A stretch of 55,412 bases of DNA, from IMG/VR virus record IMGVR_UViG_3300030616_000028, positions 1 through 55,412 of that record, one strand, 5' to 3'. Shown here one piece after another: positions 48,301 to 55,412 of this stretch. The notes beneath the pieces were generated by a model. That model made no database searches and was not told the origin of the DNA. It saw nothing but the letters and a program-made list of their open reading frames with translations. Source of the stretch: a virus. Lineage: Duplodnaviria > Caudoviricetes. Within the stretch, counting starts at the first letter, position 1. Every line of letters starts with the position of its first letter. Made by a program: the position numbers and the translations under genes.

Positions 48301-48593
48301 ACGAGATCACCCACTCGATCGATATGCTCGGCAGATCGAACGAGGCGGCGCGGATCGCAAGGAGTCGTTGGGCGCACGCGAAGCAACCCCAAGGGGACGA
48401 CTTCCGGTTCCTGAAAGGGAAGTGGGGCGACAAGTATTGCGGCCGGGTATACAAGAGCGGCGACACGGAGATCAACACCGTGATGGCCGAGGCCTTCTCA
48501 GCAGGGAAGGAGACGACGCTCGGGAAGCTCTACGAATCGAACCCCGAGCACGTTGGTTTTTATCACGCATACGTGCGAGGAGCTTTCCTATGA
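45363..48593 (+). CDS. MuF/SPP1-gp7 minor head protein with long C-terminal extension ending in an HExxH domain
   Basis: VIDERTTEICRCLDG and PPYHHLCRS; Pro/Lys linkers; AKHEITHSID..TEI. Confidence 0.8.
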   Translation: MLAPYSTPASGFMSLEPIADLGEDAVVALWRAGVRRGSPPARAEGRALLINAPSGPKAVRLSRSSLQEARREAVKALPYGEVILLEATARARCTLFRRVEVIEAFRQGDEPAHAELVGSSGLIIKKALSPADPVDNRIISERLASQLQHAERKVFKPMLDDYLKKRKIDWGSLDSRGISRELNAVRTDMHKMMGGAATKAMPTWKTSIETTLKGVHKATRQAIRDNFLPSVGISLDQPDLRAIQAVADQSGWWMRDAAGRRSTTLTNQGRAIVQQGLKDGLGRNEIGRALQRGLPQAYQRMGQHYFNTVAAAAVNRGRSWSEVSGYIEVGIEQLEVMAVIDERTTEICRCLDGTIVETRVVSQQLVGAMNVADPEDIRTAAPFLKEVVNPNTGVKSIVSAGSGAKIADVVRSGYGRADDRGQFNSYLQNKDLAQQNIGVPPYHHLCRSWTVPISSTVSVPRGQVPRAMGPGTPPRIGGPPKPPKAPKRPKPLTPLPSTPQTGLAPSRPIQGVPRGTPSNPALVGREPDPDLYPFPADFLEAQAPPGMVSQLRSGRTTLKQGDVALFRPYQTDAATARIRASSKSWMRVSEPPGGYARLVREGRLYDNISKQLKVVTNDVGVALNVKVANSELMREVVLAEAKVAGGVRVYNVRELQLNKQRFLRFDHNKKRAAKSGLDKLRRAKTPKDIEAAFQQLEKKGFMRRSDKPDLWLGGSSPQPLARPKPKPRVEPKPKPKPKPKPKPKPYEPTVRPKPKPTTTEITPTGRVVAPKPKPRSPAVSPAETKPGLPPGVKAKDYSEYGLVEGEHLIKQVSKRIEIETAKLEEYMAAQRVKMGRELTRKEKGKAIKSYFREQLGKDATLADAQLIRRQTRRLSRRDADAARNRAYHEVRSDKHPSLRDYVKPAEFEIIEGQESVKLWQNALEFYSPRVQAALLEQKLPTIVTRRVAATRNAGATNFGSGGLIQIAGKTIRQMEHLAKHEITHSIDMLGRSNEAARIARSRWAHAKQPQGDDFRFLKGKWGDKYCGRVYKSGDTEINTVMAEAFSAGKETTLGKLYESNPEHVGFYHAYVRGAFL

Positions 48594-48946
48594 GCAAGCC
48601 GAAGTACGAGGGCAAGATGGTCGTCATCGACGCGGACAAGGAGGTCGTCGCAACGCTGCGGTGGCTCGGTGACACGACCAGCGGAGAGGGCACATGGGAC
48701 GAGATCCCAGACGAGAGAATGGCCAGGCGGATCACGGACGCGATTGCGCGCAACGCAGACCTCGCCGAGGTCGACTACTCGGAGATGCTCCGAGACGGCG
48801 TAACCGTTCGTGGATGGGAAGGGTTTTCGGGGTATCTCCAAGCACTCGATGATGCACTCAGCGGCATCGGTTTGGAGGTCGACCTCGACCGGATTCAATG
48901 GCCTGTCGATCCCGAGGTTTTGGCGAGGGCAAACACACCGAGTTGA
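48590..48946 (+). CDS. Small acidic protein, candidate immunity partner of the MuF C-terminal domain
   Basis: ATGA overlap with MuF stop; function inferred from position only. Confidence 0.45.
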   Translation: MSKPKYEGKMVVIDADKEVVATLRWLGDTTSGEGTWDEIPDERMARRITDAIARNADLAEVDYSEMLRDGVTVRGWEGFSGYLQALDDALSGIGLEVDLDRIQWPVDPEVLARANTPS

Positions 48947-48972
48947 CAGTCCTATCGGAACGAGGGTACGTT
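48943..48972 (+). promoter_or_regulatory. Promoter candidate for capsid operon
   Basis: TTGACA-N18-TACGTT. Confidence 0.4.
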
Positions 48973-48979
48973 TGTAGAA

Positions 48980-49348
48980 ATGGAAGTGCTAATCCCGAAG
49001 TCACTAGGTGGCTCAAAAGCAGGTCCCTTCGCCGAGCTGATGCTCTCCGAGAAGCAGATGGCGAGGGCATTCCTGATGTTCCAGCGGGTCCTCAAAAACT
49101 CGTTCGACGAGGACGAGCGGCAGATGGGCAAGGCCTTCCGGGAGCGGGTCCAGACAGGGGCAGAGTTGAAGAGGCGTGCCGACATGATGGCGCGTTGGTT
49201 CCGCGTGTTCCGTGGCGACCTCGGCTACTCGCTCGCGAAGATCGAGGCAGAACTCGGGCGCGCGTTGCGCTGTGAACTGGATGGAGGAATCTACACGCCG
49301 ACACAGGGTCGGGCGACCTACGGCGTGCCGGAAGGAGACACCCAATGA
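48980..49348 (+). CDS. Hypothetical protein
   Basis: Open frame coupled to the next gene. Confidence 0.55.
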   Translation: MEVLIPKSLGGSKAGPFAELMLSEKQMARAFLMFQRVLKNSFDEDERQMGKAFRERVQTGAELKRRADMMARWFRVFRGDLGYSLAKIEAELGRALRCELDGGIYTPTQGRATYGVPEGDTQ

Positions 49349-50235
49349 CGAAGCAGTTTTTGCAGGCCGTGAAGCGTCAGACCACCCTCGCCGCGAAGGT
49401 AGCTTCGGGCGAAGCCACTACCGAGGAGAAGGCCGAGCTGGAGAAGCTCAACGCCGCGATCAAGGCCGCGACGTCCGACGGCGACGACTCCTCGACCGAG
49501 ACGACCCTGAAGGCGATGCCCCTCGCCGACTTCAAGGCCTGGCACGACCAGGCGGTGAAGGCCGTCGAGGACGGGAAGATCGAGCTGCTCCCGCTCATCA
49601 AGCGGAACCTCGCCGCGGTGAAGCAGCAGGGGGTCACGGACAGCGACGGCATCGTCGCGGTCGAGATGCCCGTGGAGAAGTCCGCCGAGGACGTGATCTC
49701 CGCGCTCGAGGCCCGCATCGCCGCGCTGGAGTCCGCAGGGACCGAGACGCCGGCCGAGGAGACCGACAAGGGCGACAAGCCGACCGCCCAGGCGCTCGCG
49801 CTGGAGGCCATCGACACCCTGCTCGCCAAGTACGGCAAGCTCAAGGCCTCCATCGAGGCCGGGTCGTTCTCGAAGGACGAGCTCGCCTCCGCCTTCGACG
49901 GCGATTGGGCGCTGAAGGACCTCATCTCGGACGCCGCGGCTGTCATGGCCAAGGCCGAGGAGCTGAAGGCCGCGATCGAGGACGTCGTCCCCGAGATGGA
50001 GAAGCTCGACAAGGGAGGCCCGGAGGACGGCGAGGAAGGCTCGGAGGACGAAGGGAGCGGCGACGAGGGTGAGGAGTCCTCGGACGGCGATTCCGACGAC
50101 GAGGGAGCCGGAGAGGGAGCCGAGAAGAGCGGCGCTTCGGAAGCGTGGAGCGGAGGCCGTGACCTGGCCCCCGTCGCGACCGCCGAGGAGCAGGCCCAGG
50201 CCATCAAGGCGGCGAAGGAAAAACACGGCTTCTAA
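49345..50235 (+). CDS. Acidic helical protein, scaffold-like
   Basis: Very strong GC3 bias; coiled coil; in head module. Confidence 0.55.
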   Translation: MTKQFLQAVKRQTTLAAKVASGEATTEEKAELEKLNAAIKAATSDGDDSSTETTLKAMPLADFKAWHDQAVKAVEDGKIELLPLIKRNLAAVKQQGVTDSDGIVAVEMPVEKSAEDVISALEARIAALESAGTETPAEETDKGDKPTAQALALEAIDTLLAKYGKLKASIEAGSFSKDELASAFDGDWALKDLISDAAAVMAKAEELKAAIEDVVPEMEKLDKGGPEDGEEGSEDEGSGDEGEESSDGDSDDEGAGEGAEKSGASEAWSGGRDLAPVATAEEQAQAIKAAKEKHGF

Positions 50236-50256
50236 AACCCGCCTCGGAGGTGACTC

Positions 50257-51285
50257 GTGGATATCGGCATCTTCACTTCGAGCCGGGAGAACGACGACGG
50301 CGCACCGATCTCGTTCTTCGGCTACGATGACGAGCAGTTGCTCGCGGCGCTGTACAAGGCAGCCGCAGCCATCACCGGCCCGGGCCTGGCGTCCTTCGAC
50401 CCCGACCCCGGCATGCGTGTCAAGAAGGTAGGCGAGATCTCGATTCACTCCGTCGAGGACGAGGCCGTCTACGTCATCCAGGCCGACGAGGCAGCGAAGC
50501 CCGAAGGCGGGAGGACTCCCCCCGGCGCGAACGGCACGTGGGCGATCCAGTCGCTCATCTTCTCGAAGGACCACTTCGACCTCGCCTCGGCGCGGCAGTG
50601 GGTCAAGAACCACGACGGCTTCGGTGACTACGGCGTCGACGAGACGAGCACGTCGTACCGCTTCCGGCAGTACGACCCGCAGCACTTCTCCGAGTACCGC
50701 ACGATCACCATCGACACGGGCATCAGCGCCGCCTACGGCAAGATCGACAAGGAGACCGAGCGCACGGAGGACGATGCGACGAAGTCCCTCGCGGAGTCGA
50801 TCATGCGGTGGGAGGCTGTGCACGGGGTCAACAAGAGCATCATGGCCGCTGGCCTCAAGGTGCTCTGCGAGACAGCGATCGTTCAGAAGGCCGAGGACGG
50901 TGCCGAGGAACGCTTCGTGATGTCCCTGGTCCTCGAGCCGAACGACGGGAAGGATGGCGCTCCGCTCAAGCCCGATACCCAGGGCGACATCTACTCGGCC
51001 GAGGATGTGCGGAAGGCCGCGCACGCGTGGATGGAATACCACGGCGCGGTCGACCTGAGCCACTCTTGGAAGGCCCTCGGGAAGGAGAAGGTGCGAGTGC
51101 TCGAAAGCTACCTCGCGCCGTGCGACTTCAAGATCGGTGAGGGCGAGAACGAGTACAACATCGTCAAGGGAACGTGGATGCTCGGCGTCCGCGTCGCCGA
51201 CGACGGGCTGTGGAAGGCCGTGCAGGACCACGAGATCGGTGCGTTCAGCATCGGCGGCACAGCGATCCGCGAGCAGGTCGAGTAG
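50257..51285 (+). CDS. XkdF-like prohead serine protease
   Basis: VLEP..DTQGDIYSAEDVRKAAH..DLSH..LESY..KGTW..LWKAV..GAFSIGG. Confidence 0.85.
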   Translation: MDIGIFTSSRENDDGAPISFFGYDDEQLLAALYKAAAAITGPGLASFDPDPGMRVKKVGEISIHSVEDEAVYVIQADEAAKPEGGRTPPGANGTWAIQSLIFSKDHFDLASARQWVKNHDGFGDYGVDETSTSYRFRQYDPQHFSEYRTITIDTGISAAYGKIDKETERTEDDATKSLAESIMRWEAVHGVNKSIMAAGLKVLCETAIVQKAEDGAEERFVMSLVLEPNDGKDGAPLKPDTQGDIYSAEDVRKAAHAWMEYHGAVDLSHSWKALGKEKVRVLESYLAPCDFKIGEGENEYNIVKGTWMLGVRVADDGLWKAVQDHEIGAFSIGGTAIREQVE

Positions 51286-51294
51286 GAGGACCAG

Positions 51295-52596
51295 ATGAGC
51301 GCACGCACGAGGATCAACAAGGCCGGTGACGAGGGCAGCTCGAAGGTCTTTCGCCTCACCGACATCGAGCCCGAGTTCGTCAGCCTGGTCCGCGCCGGCG
51401 CGAACCGCCAGCGTTCGTTCCAGGTCATCAAGGCCGACGGGATGCTCGTCTGCGACTCGTGCGGGTACAAGGTCGCGCAACCCGAGGACGGCACGACGCA
51501 GATGGCGTGTCCGAAGTGCGACGGCGGGACCATGAAGCTGGTGCAGAGCGAGAAGGACGACGACCCGATCCCCGAGGACTTCGACGAGGACGGCTTCGTC
51601 GAGTACCTCGCCAAGCTGACCGGCTCGCCGCGCAACCGCTTCGGGACGCACTCGAGCTACAAGTTCAAGGGCGACTACGCGAAAGCGTGGAAGCTCCACT
51701 TCAGCCAGCACGCGGGAGGGAAACCGGACGCGACATCGACCGGCCCGCTGCGCGGTACCGTGCGGCGCGTCGAGATGATCGCCGGTGCCATGAAGCCAGC
51801 GTGCAAGCTCCCGACGACGGACCAGATCGAGGCTCGCAGCGGCGACCCGTCCCCGCTCACCGGGAAGTACCCCGAGACGCCCGGAGACTACGGGCTGTCG
51901 AAGTGGGACGAGCCGGCCAACGACGCCGACCGCGAGGGCATGAAGTTCAGCTGCGGTGACCTGGAGGTCATCAAGCGAGCGGCGCTCGCGGAGATCAAGC
52001 GGCGCGCGGAGGACGCGGCCGCGGAGGAAAGCAAGAACGGTGACGCCGATGGCCAGGCGCACACCGACAAGACCGGAGGGAACGAAGGCGACGGCGATAA
52101 CGCTGACGGCGGCAGCACCGAAGGAGGAGGGGCCGATCTCTCCTCGTGGCTCGACGAAGCCGGTGCCGAGGTCGAGACGCTGAGCTTGGACATCGCGATC
52201 CAGCGGGCGCTCGACGGCCAATCCGACAGCGGAGCCGCACCCGAAAAGCCTCCGGCGCAAAAGGCGCAGATCGGTGATACGGGCGCGCCTCCCGTGGTGG
52301 CCGAGGGAGAGGCAACGGAGGAAGACGAGAGCGAGAAGGACGCGCAGATCGCCAAGCTCGAGGCCGAGCTCAACAAGGCCAGGTCCGAGCTGAAGAAAGC
52401 GAGGCGAGAGATCACCTCGCTGAAGGCGAAGGCGGCACGACTCGCGAAGGGCGTCGGACAGTCCAGCGTGATGCTCACCGGAGAGGTGACCGCGAAGGGC
52501 ATGCAGCAGTCCGACAACGACAACGAAGGTCCCTCGAAGGGAGCGTTCGCCAGCGGCGGGGACATCGCCGCGTGCGTGACGCAAGACGAGGGCTGA
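51295..52596 (+). CDS. Capsid scaffold protein with N-terminal protease-type VSLV..GAN segment
   Basis: RLTDIEPEFVSLVRAGAN; Zn ribbon; C-terminal coiled coil; directly before the capsid gene. Confidence 0.65.
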   Translation: MSARTRINKAGDEGSSKVFRLTDIEPEFVSLVRAGANRQRSFQVIKADGMLVCDSCGYKVAQPEDGTTQMACPKCDGGTMKLVQSEKDDDPIPEDFDEDGFVEYLAKLTGSPRNRFGTHSSYKFKGDYAKAWKLHFSQHAGGKPDATSTGPLRGTVRRVEMIAGAMKPACKLPTTDQIEARSGDPSPLTGKYPETPGDYGLSKWDEPANDADREGMKFSCGDLEVIKRAALAEIKRRAEDAAAEESKNGDADGQAHTDKTGGNEGDGDNADGGSTEGGGADLSSWLDEAGAEVETLSLDIAIQRALDGQSDSGAAPEKPPAQKAQIGDTGAPPVVAEGEATEEDESEKDAQIAKLEAELNKARSELKKARREITSLKAKAARLAKGVGQSSVMLTGEVTAKGMQQSDNDNEGPSKGAFASGGDIAACVTQDEG

Positions 52597-52619
52597 CACA
52601 GCAACCACGGAGGAACGAA

Positions 52620-53558
52620 ATGGCCACCCCGAACAAGACCATCATGGCGAAGGCCGACATGGAGGTCGCGGACCTCATCGCCGACGGAGGATACCTCCAG
52701 CCCGAGCAGGCGGAGATGTTCGTCGTCGACATGATCAAGGAGTCCGTGCTGATGCGCCTGGTCAACGTCCAGACGACCAAGTCGCACACGAAGCTGCTCG
52801 ACAAGGTCGGCATCACCGGGCGCGTCCTGCGTCCCGGCACGAGCGGACACGCGCTGGCCGCGGCCGACCGCGTGAAGCCGACCACGGACCAGACCACCCT
52901 GACCACCCACCTCATGAAGGCGGAGATCCGCCTGAACGACGAGGTGCTCGAGGACAACATCGAGGGCGGGAACTTCAAGTCGACCGTCATGAAGATGATG
53001 GCCGAGTACGCCGCGCTCGACCTCGACGACCTGCTCGCGAACGGCGACACGGCCTCGGCCGATCCGCTGCTCGCCATGTTCGACGGCATGATCAAGTCGG
53101 CCGTCACCAACATCGTCGCCGGCGGCTCGGTGCCGATCGCGAAGTCGATGCTCAAGGACGCCATCAAGGCGATGCCCTCGGAGTACAACCGCAAGCGCCG
53201 GATGCAGCGGTTCCTGACCTCCGAGGACGCGTGCATCGACTATCACGACTACCTCGCCGACCGCGCGACGGCGCTGGGCGACAAGAAGGTCGAGGACGAC
53301 TCGCCGGACAAGTACGGCAACCGCGCCATCCTGCCCGTGCCGGTCTTCCCCGACGACCTCGGCATCGGCAACGACGAGACGGTCATCCTGCTCATGGACC
53401 CGAAGGACGCGATCTGGGGGTTCTGGCGCAAGATGAAAGTCGAGACGGACCGCGACATCACCACGGGCGAGTGGATCATGGTCATGTCGCTGCGCGCGGG
53501 CTTCCAGTACAAGTGGGAGGACGCGGTCGTCAAGGTCACGGGCGTCAAGACCCAGTAG
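52620..53558 (+). CDS. Major capsid protein (HK97 fold, XkdG-like)
   Basis: GGYLQPEQAEMF, EVLEDNIEG, DLLANGDT, MDPK, WEDAVVKV. Confidence 0.9.
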   Translation: MATPNKTIMAKADMEVADLIADGGYLQPEQAEMFVVDMIKESVLMRLVNVQTTKSHTKLLDKVGITGRVLRPGTSGHALAAADRVKPTTDQTTLTTHLMKAEIRLNDEVLEDNIEGGNFKSTVMKMMAEYAALDLDDLLANGDTASADPLLAMFDGMIKSAVTNIVAGGSVPIAKSMLKDAIKAMPSEYNRKRRMQRFLTSEDACIDYHDYLADRATALGDKKVEDDSPDKYGNRAILPVPVFPDDLGIGNDETVILLMDPKDAIWGFWRKMKVETDRDITTGEWIMVMSLRAGFQYKWEDAVVKVTGVKTQ

Positions 53559-53658
53559 CCTCGGCCGCAGCGGAGCGTGGGAGGCGCGAGCCACCAGGAC
53601 CACGCTGAGTGACTGAAACGAGAGAACGGCGGAAGTACCGCCGAACGGAGGAGATGAG

Positions 53659-54012
53659 ATGAGCCTCGGAACCATGACCATCCAGGCCGTGCGCGAGACG
53701 CGCGACGGTGGGCAGGAGCTGCTGATCAGCTGCGCGGGCGACGGCGCCTACGTCGCGGGCGGCACTCCCAACTTCAACGCCTCGCTGCAGGAGGCCATCA
53801 AGACCGCTCACGCGGCCGCGACCGACAAGCTCGTGCGCGGGGCCGAGCAGGTCGAGTGCCTGTACGTCGTGCCCGTGAGGGCCGGCGTGTACGTGCCGAG
53901 CTACGACTACGCGAACGACAAGCTGTTCGTCTACGACAACAGCACCGACGCGGAGTCCGTCGTCGCCAACATGAGCGGCACCACGTTCGAGTTCGTCGCG
54001 GTCTGCAAGTAG
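53659..54012 (+). CDS. Putative head decoration protein
   Basis: YVAGG..YDYANDKL..VY..; follows capsid gene. Confidence 0.5.
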   Translation: MSLGTMTIQAVRETRDGGQELLISCAGDGAYVAGGTPNFNASLQEAIKTAHAAATDKLVRGAEQVECLYVVPVRAGVYVPSYDYANDKLFVYDNSTDAESVVANMSGTTFEFVAVCK

Positions 54013-54039
54013 CAGGCGCGCAGGATAGAAACGCGGGGA

Positions 54040-54096
54040 AGCGGCGGCCCTCCGCCCCAGATGCACCCCCCACATCCAGGCGTGGGGGTCGCCGCT
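54040..54096 (+). other. Long imperfect intergenic hairpin (no U-tract)
   Basis: AGCGGCGGCCCTCCGCC..GATG pairs with CATC..GGCGTGGGGGTCGCCGCT. Confidence 0.45.
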
Positions 54097-54130
54097 GAAC
54101 TGCTCGGGGCAGAAGCGAAGGAGGAGAGAA

Positions 54131-54703
54131 ATGATCGCAGTCAGACTACAGCCAATCGACAAGCGCCGCGGATTCAAGATGCGGTCGTACACCTCGGCCG
54201 CGACGCGGACGAAGTACACGTCAGGGACTCCGCTGAACCCGTCCGCGTGGCGGATCGTCAAGAGCCAGAAGGAGGTCGAGGAGCTGTCGCAGTTCGCGCA
54301 GTTCGAGGTCCTCGAGTTCGACGATCTCGACCACCTCAAGGAGCACATCCAGCTTGAGATGGAGGGCCGCGCCAGCGAGGGCCTTCCGGCCGTGCGCGCG
54401 AAGGTGCTGCGGACGAGCGGCCAGGGTCCGCGCATCGACGAGCAGGCTGCGGTGCGGAAGCGCGTGACCGACAGGTTGCCCGCCGCCGCCTCGGGGCCGC
54501 AGTCCGATCCGACCAGGAACAACACGGGGCGGAAGCCGACCGCGCCTCCCGAGGAGGAGGAGCAGGTCGAGGAGAAGCCGGCCGCGAAGCCGGCCGCGCC
54601 GAAGGCTCCGAAGAAGGCTCCGAAGAAGGCCCCCAAGCCGAAGAAGGGTGGCTCGAAGAAGTCGACGAAGAGGCGGTCGACGCGACCGGCCGACTCCGAG
54701 TAA
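54131..54703 (+). CDS. Hypothetical protein with Lys/Pro/Ala-rich tail
   Basis: AGGAGG RBS; KPAAKPAAPKAPKKAPKK. Confidence 0.65.
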   Translation: MIAVRLQPIDKRRGFKMRSYTSAATRTKYTSGTPLNPSAWRIVKSQKEVEELSQFAQFEVLEFDDLDHLKEHIQLEMEGRASEGLPAVRAKVLRTSGQGPRIDEQAAVRKRVTDRLPAAASGPQSDPTRNNTGRKPTAPPEEEEQVEEKPAAKPAAPKAPKKAPKKAPKPKKGGSKKSTKRRSTRPADSE

Positions 54704-54715
54704 TCGGGGGCGGTC

Positions 54716-54988
54716 ATGGGAGGTACACCTGAGCCGCGTCATGCGGCGTACAGAGACACGGGTGACTTGGCCCTCGCGGCCTTCGCCCACATGAACGGCT
54801 TTCGGATCGTGAAGGCCGAGGAAATGAAGCGTGGAAGGATCACGGAGTACAGGTTCACGATCGAGGACCCCGAGGAGCGGTGGGATTCGGTCTGCATCGA
54901 GTACGCCAATTCGGAAGCGCAGAAACACGACGCCTCGGTACGTGCTCTCAAGAGGCTGTGCAAGAGGGCGACGCGCAACGGGCGCTGA
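54716..54988 (+). CDS. Small conserved phage protein (DUF5659-like)
   Basis: TGDLALAAFAHMNG..YRF. Confidence 0.5.
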   Translation: MGGTPEPRHAAYRDTGDLALAAFAHMNGFRIVKAEEMKRGRITEYRFTIEDPEERWDSVCIEYANSEAQKHDASVRALKRLCKRATRNGR

Positions 54989-55010
54989 CGCCGGTTAGGG
55001 GAGGCAGCTC

Positions 55011-55412
55011 GTGGCCATCGTCGATCTGAAGTGGGAGGTAGACAGCACGGCGCTCGACGCGCTCCTCACCGCCGGCTACGACGCCTGGAAGGTGGAGCGC
55101 GACAACGGAGGCGGCTCGTGGGTCGAGATCTCCTATCCAACGACGCGTCCGCCCCTGGTCGTCAACGCCTTCCGCTACCTCTACGCCGACCCGTCTGGAC
55201 CAGTCGATGCGGTCTCATTCGAAGCGAACGGCGACTACCGCGCCGTGCCGTACCGAACGAGCGACGGCGCCACCTCTGCTCCGGTGTCCGCAGCCAAGGC
55301 GCGGCGCTGCTACATCACGCCGCAGGACGTCTGGGATGAGGGCTACGTCAACCCTCCGTGGACTCCGAGCAAGGTATGGCGTGGGATTGATCGTGCGACG
55401 GCGACTATCGAC
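55011..55412 (+). CDS. Head-tail connector-like protein, 3'-truncated
   Basis: GGGGAGG RBS plus GTG; open to window end; YITPQDV..IDRATATID; not in ORF track. Confidence 0.55.
   Translation, partial: MAIVDLKWEVDSTALDALLTAGYDAWKVERDNGGGSWVEISYPTTRPPLVVNAFRYLYADPSGPVDAVSFEANGDYRAVPYRTSDGATSAPVSAAKARRCYITPQDVWDEGYVNPPWTPSKVWRGIDRATATID

Larger units (their letters stand above)
1..55412 (+). mobile_element. Tailed dsDNA phage/prophage genome segment (replication, lysis, accessory, packaging and head modules); ends not in window
   Basis: TerL, portal, MuF, prohead protease, capsid, RecT/YqaJ, DnaB and endolysin motifs; co-oriented, translationally coupled genes throughout. Confidence 0.95.

Noticed and set aside
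49318-53681. Very long minus-strand ORFs (1096 aa, 597 aa; also 2597-4279, 6233-7783, 39362-41395)
   Set aside because: Antisense shadows of high-GC3 plus-strand genes; no motifs
1-55412. Genome-wide UAG recoding (in-frame TAG junctions at 3916, 8226, 11499, 51285)
   Set aside because: Conserved genes are full length in code 11, and TAG ends ssb (after DDDIPF) and the capsid gene at the expected places; other TAG junctions are out of frame

Overview
The whole 55.4 kb window reads as one contiguous piece of a high-GC tailed dsDNA phage or prophage. No integrase, host housekeeping block or att site is visible. Genes are densely packed, with ATGA/TGATG overlaps and GGAGG RBSs, and all but one lie on the + strand. 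Gene order: XRE-type regulator (partial); recombination/replication (Cas4-like PD-(D/E)XK protein, YqaJ exonuclease, RecT, initiator, DnaB); a dispersed lysis set (amidase, SLT-like lysin, holin-like and spanin-like genes, implying a diderm host); ssb and about 15 kb of small accessory genes; putative TerS; a non-coding array with 102-bp period; an enzyme cassette (two radical SAM proteins, FkbM methyltransferase, ParB-like protein, TAGT/GREB1-type glycosyltransferase); TerL; portal; a long MuF protein with a C-terminal HExxH domain; XkdF-like protease; scaffold; major capsid protein; start of a head-tail connector. The best candidate for a new system is the packaging-linked modification cassette, taken together with the separately promoted, antisense UDP-glucuronate decarboxylase (possible pentosyl/xylosyl DNA hypermodification) and the phased 102-bp array just upstream. 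All family calls come from motif recognition by eye. No database searches were run.
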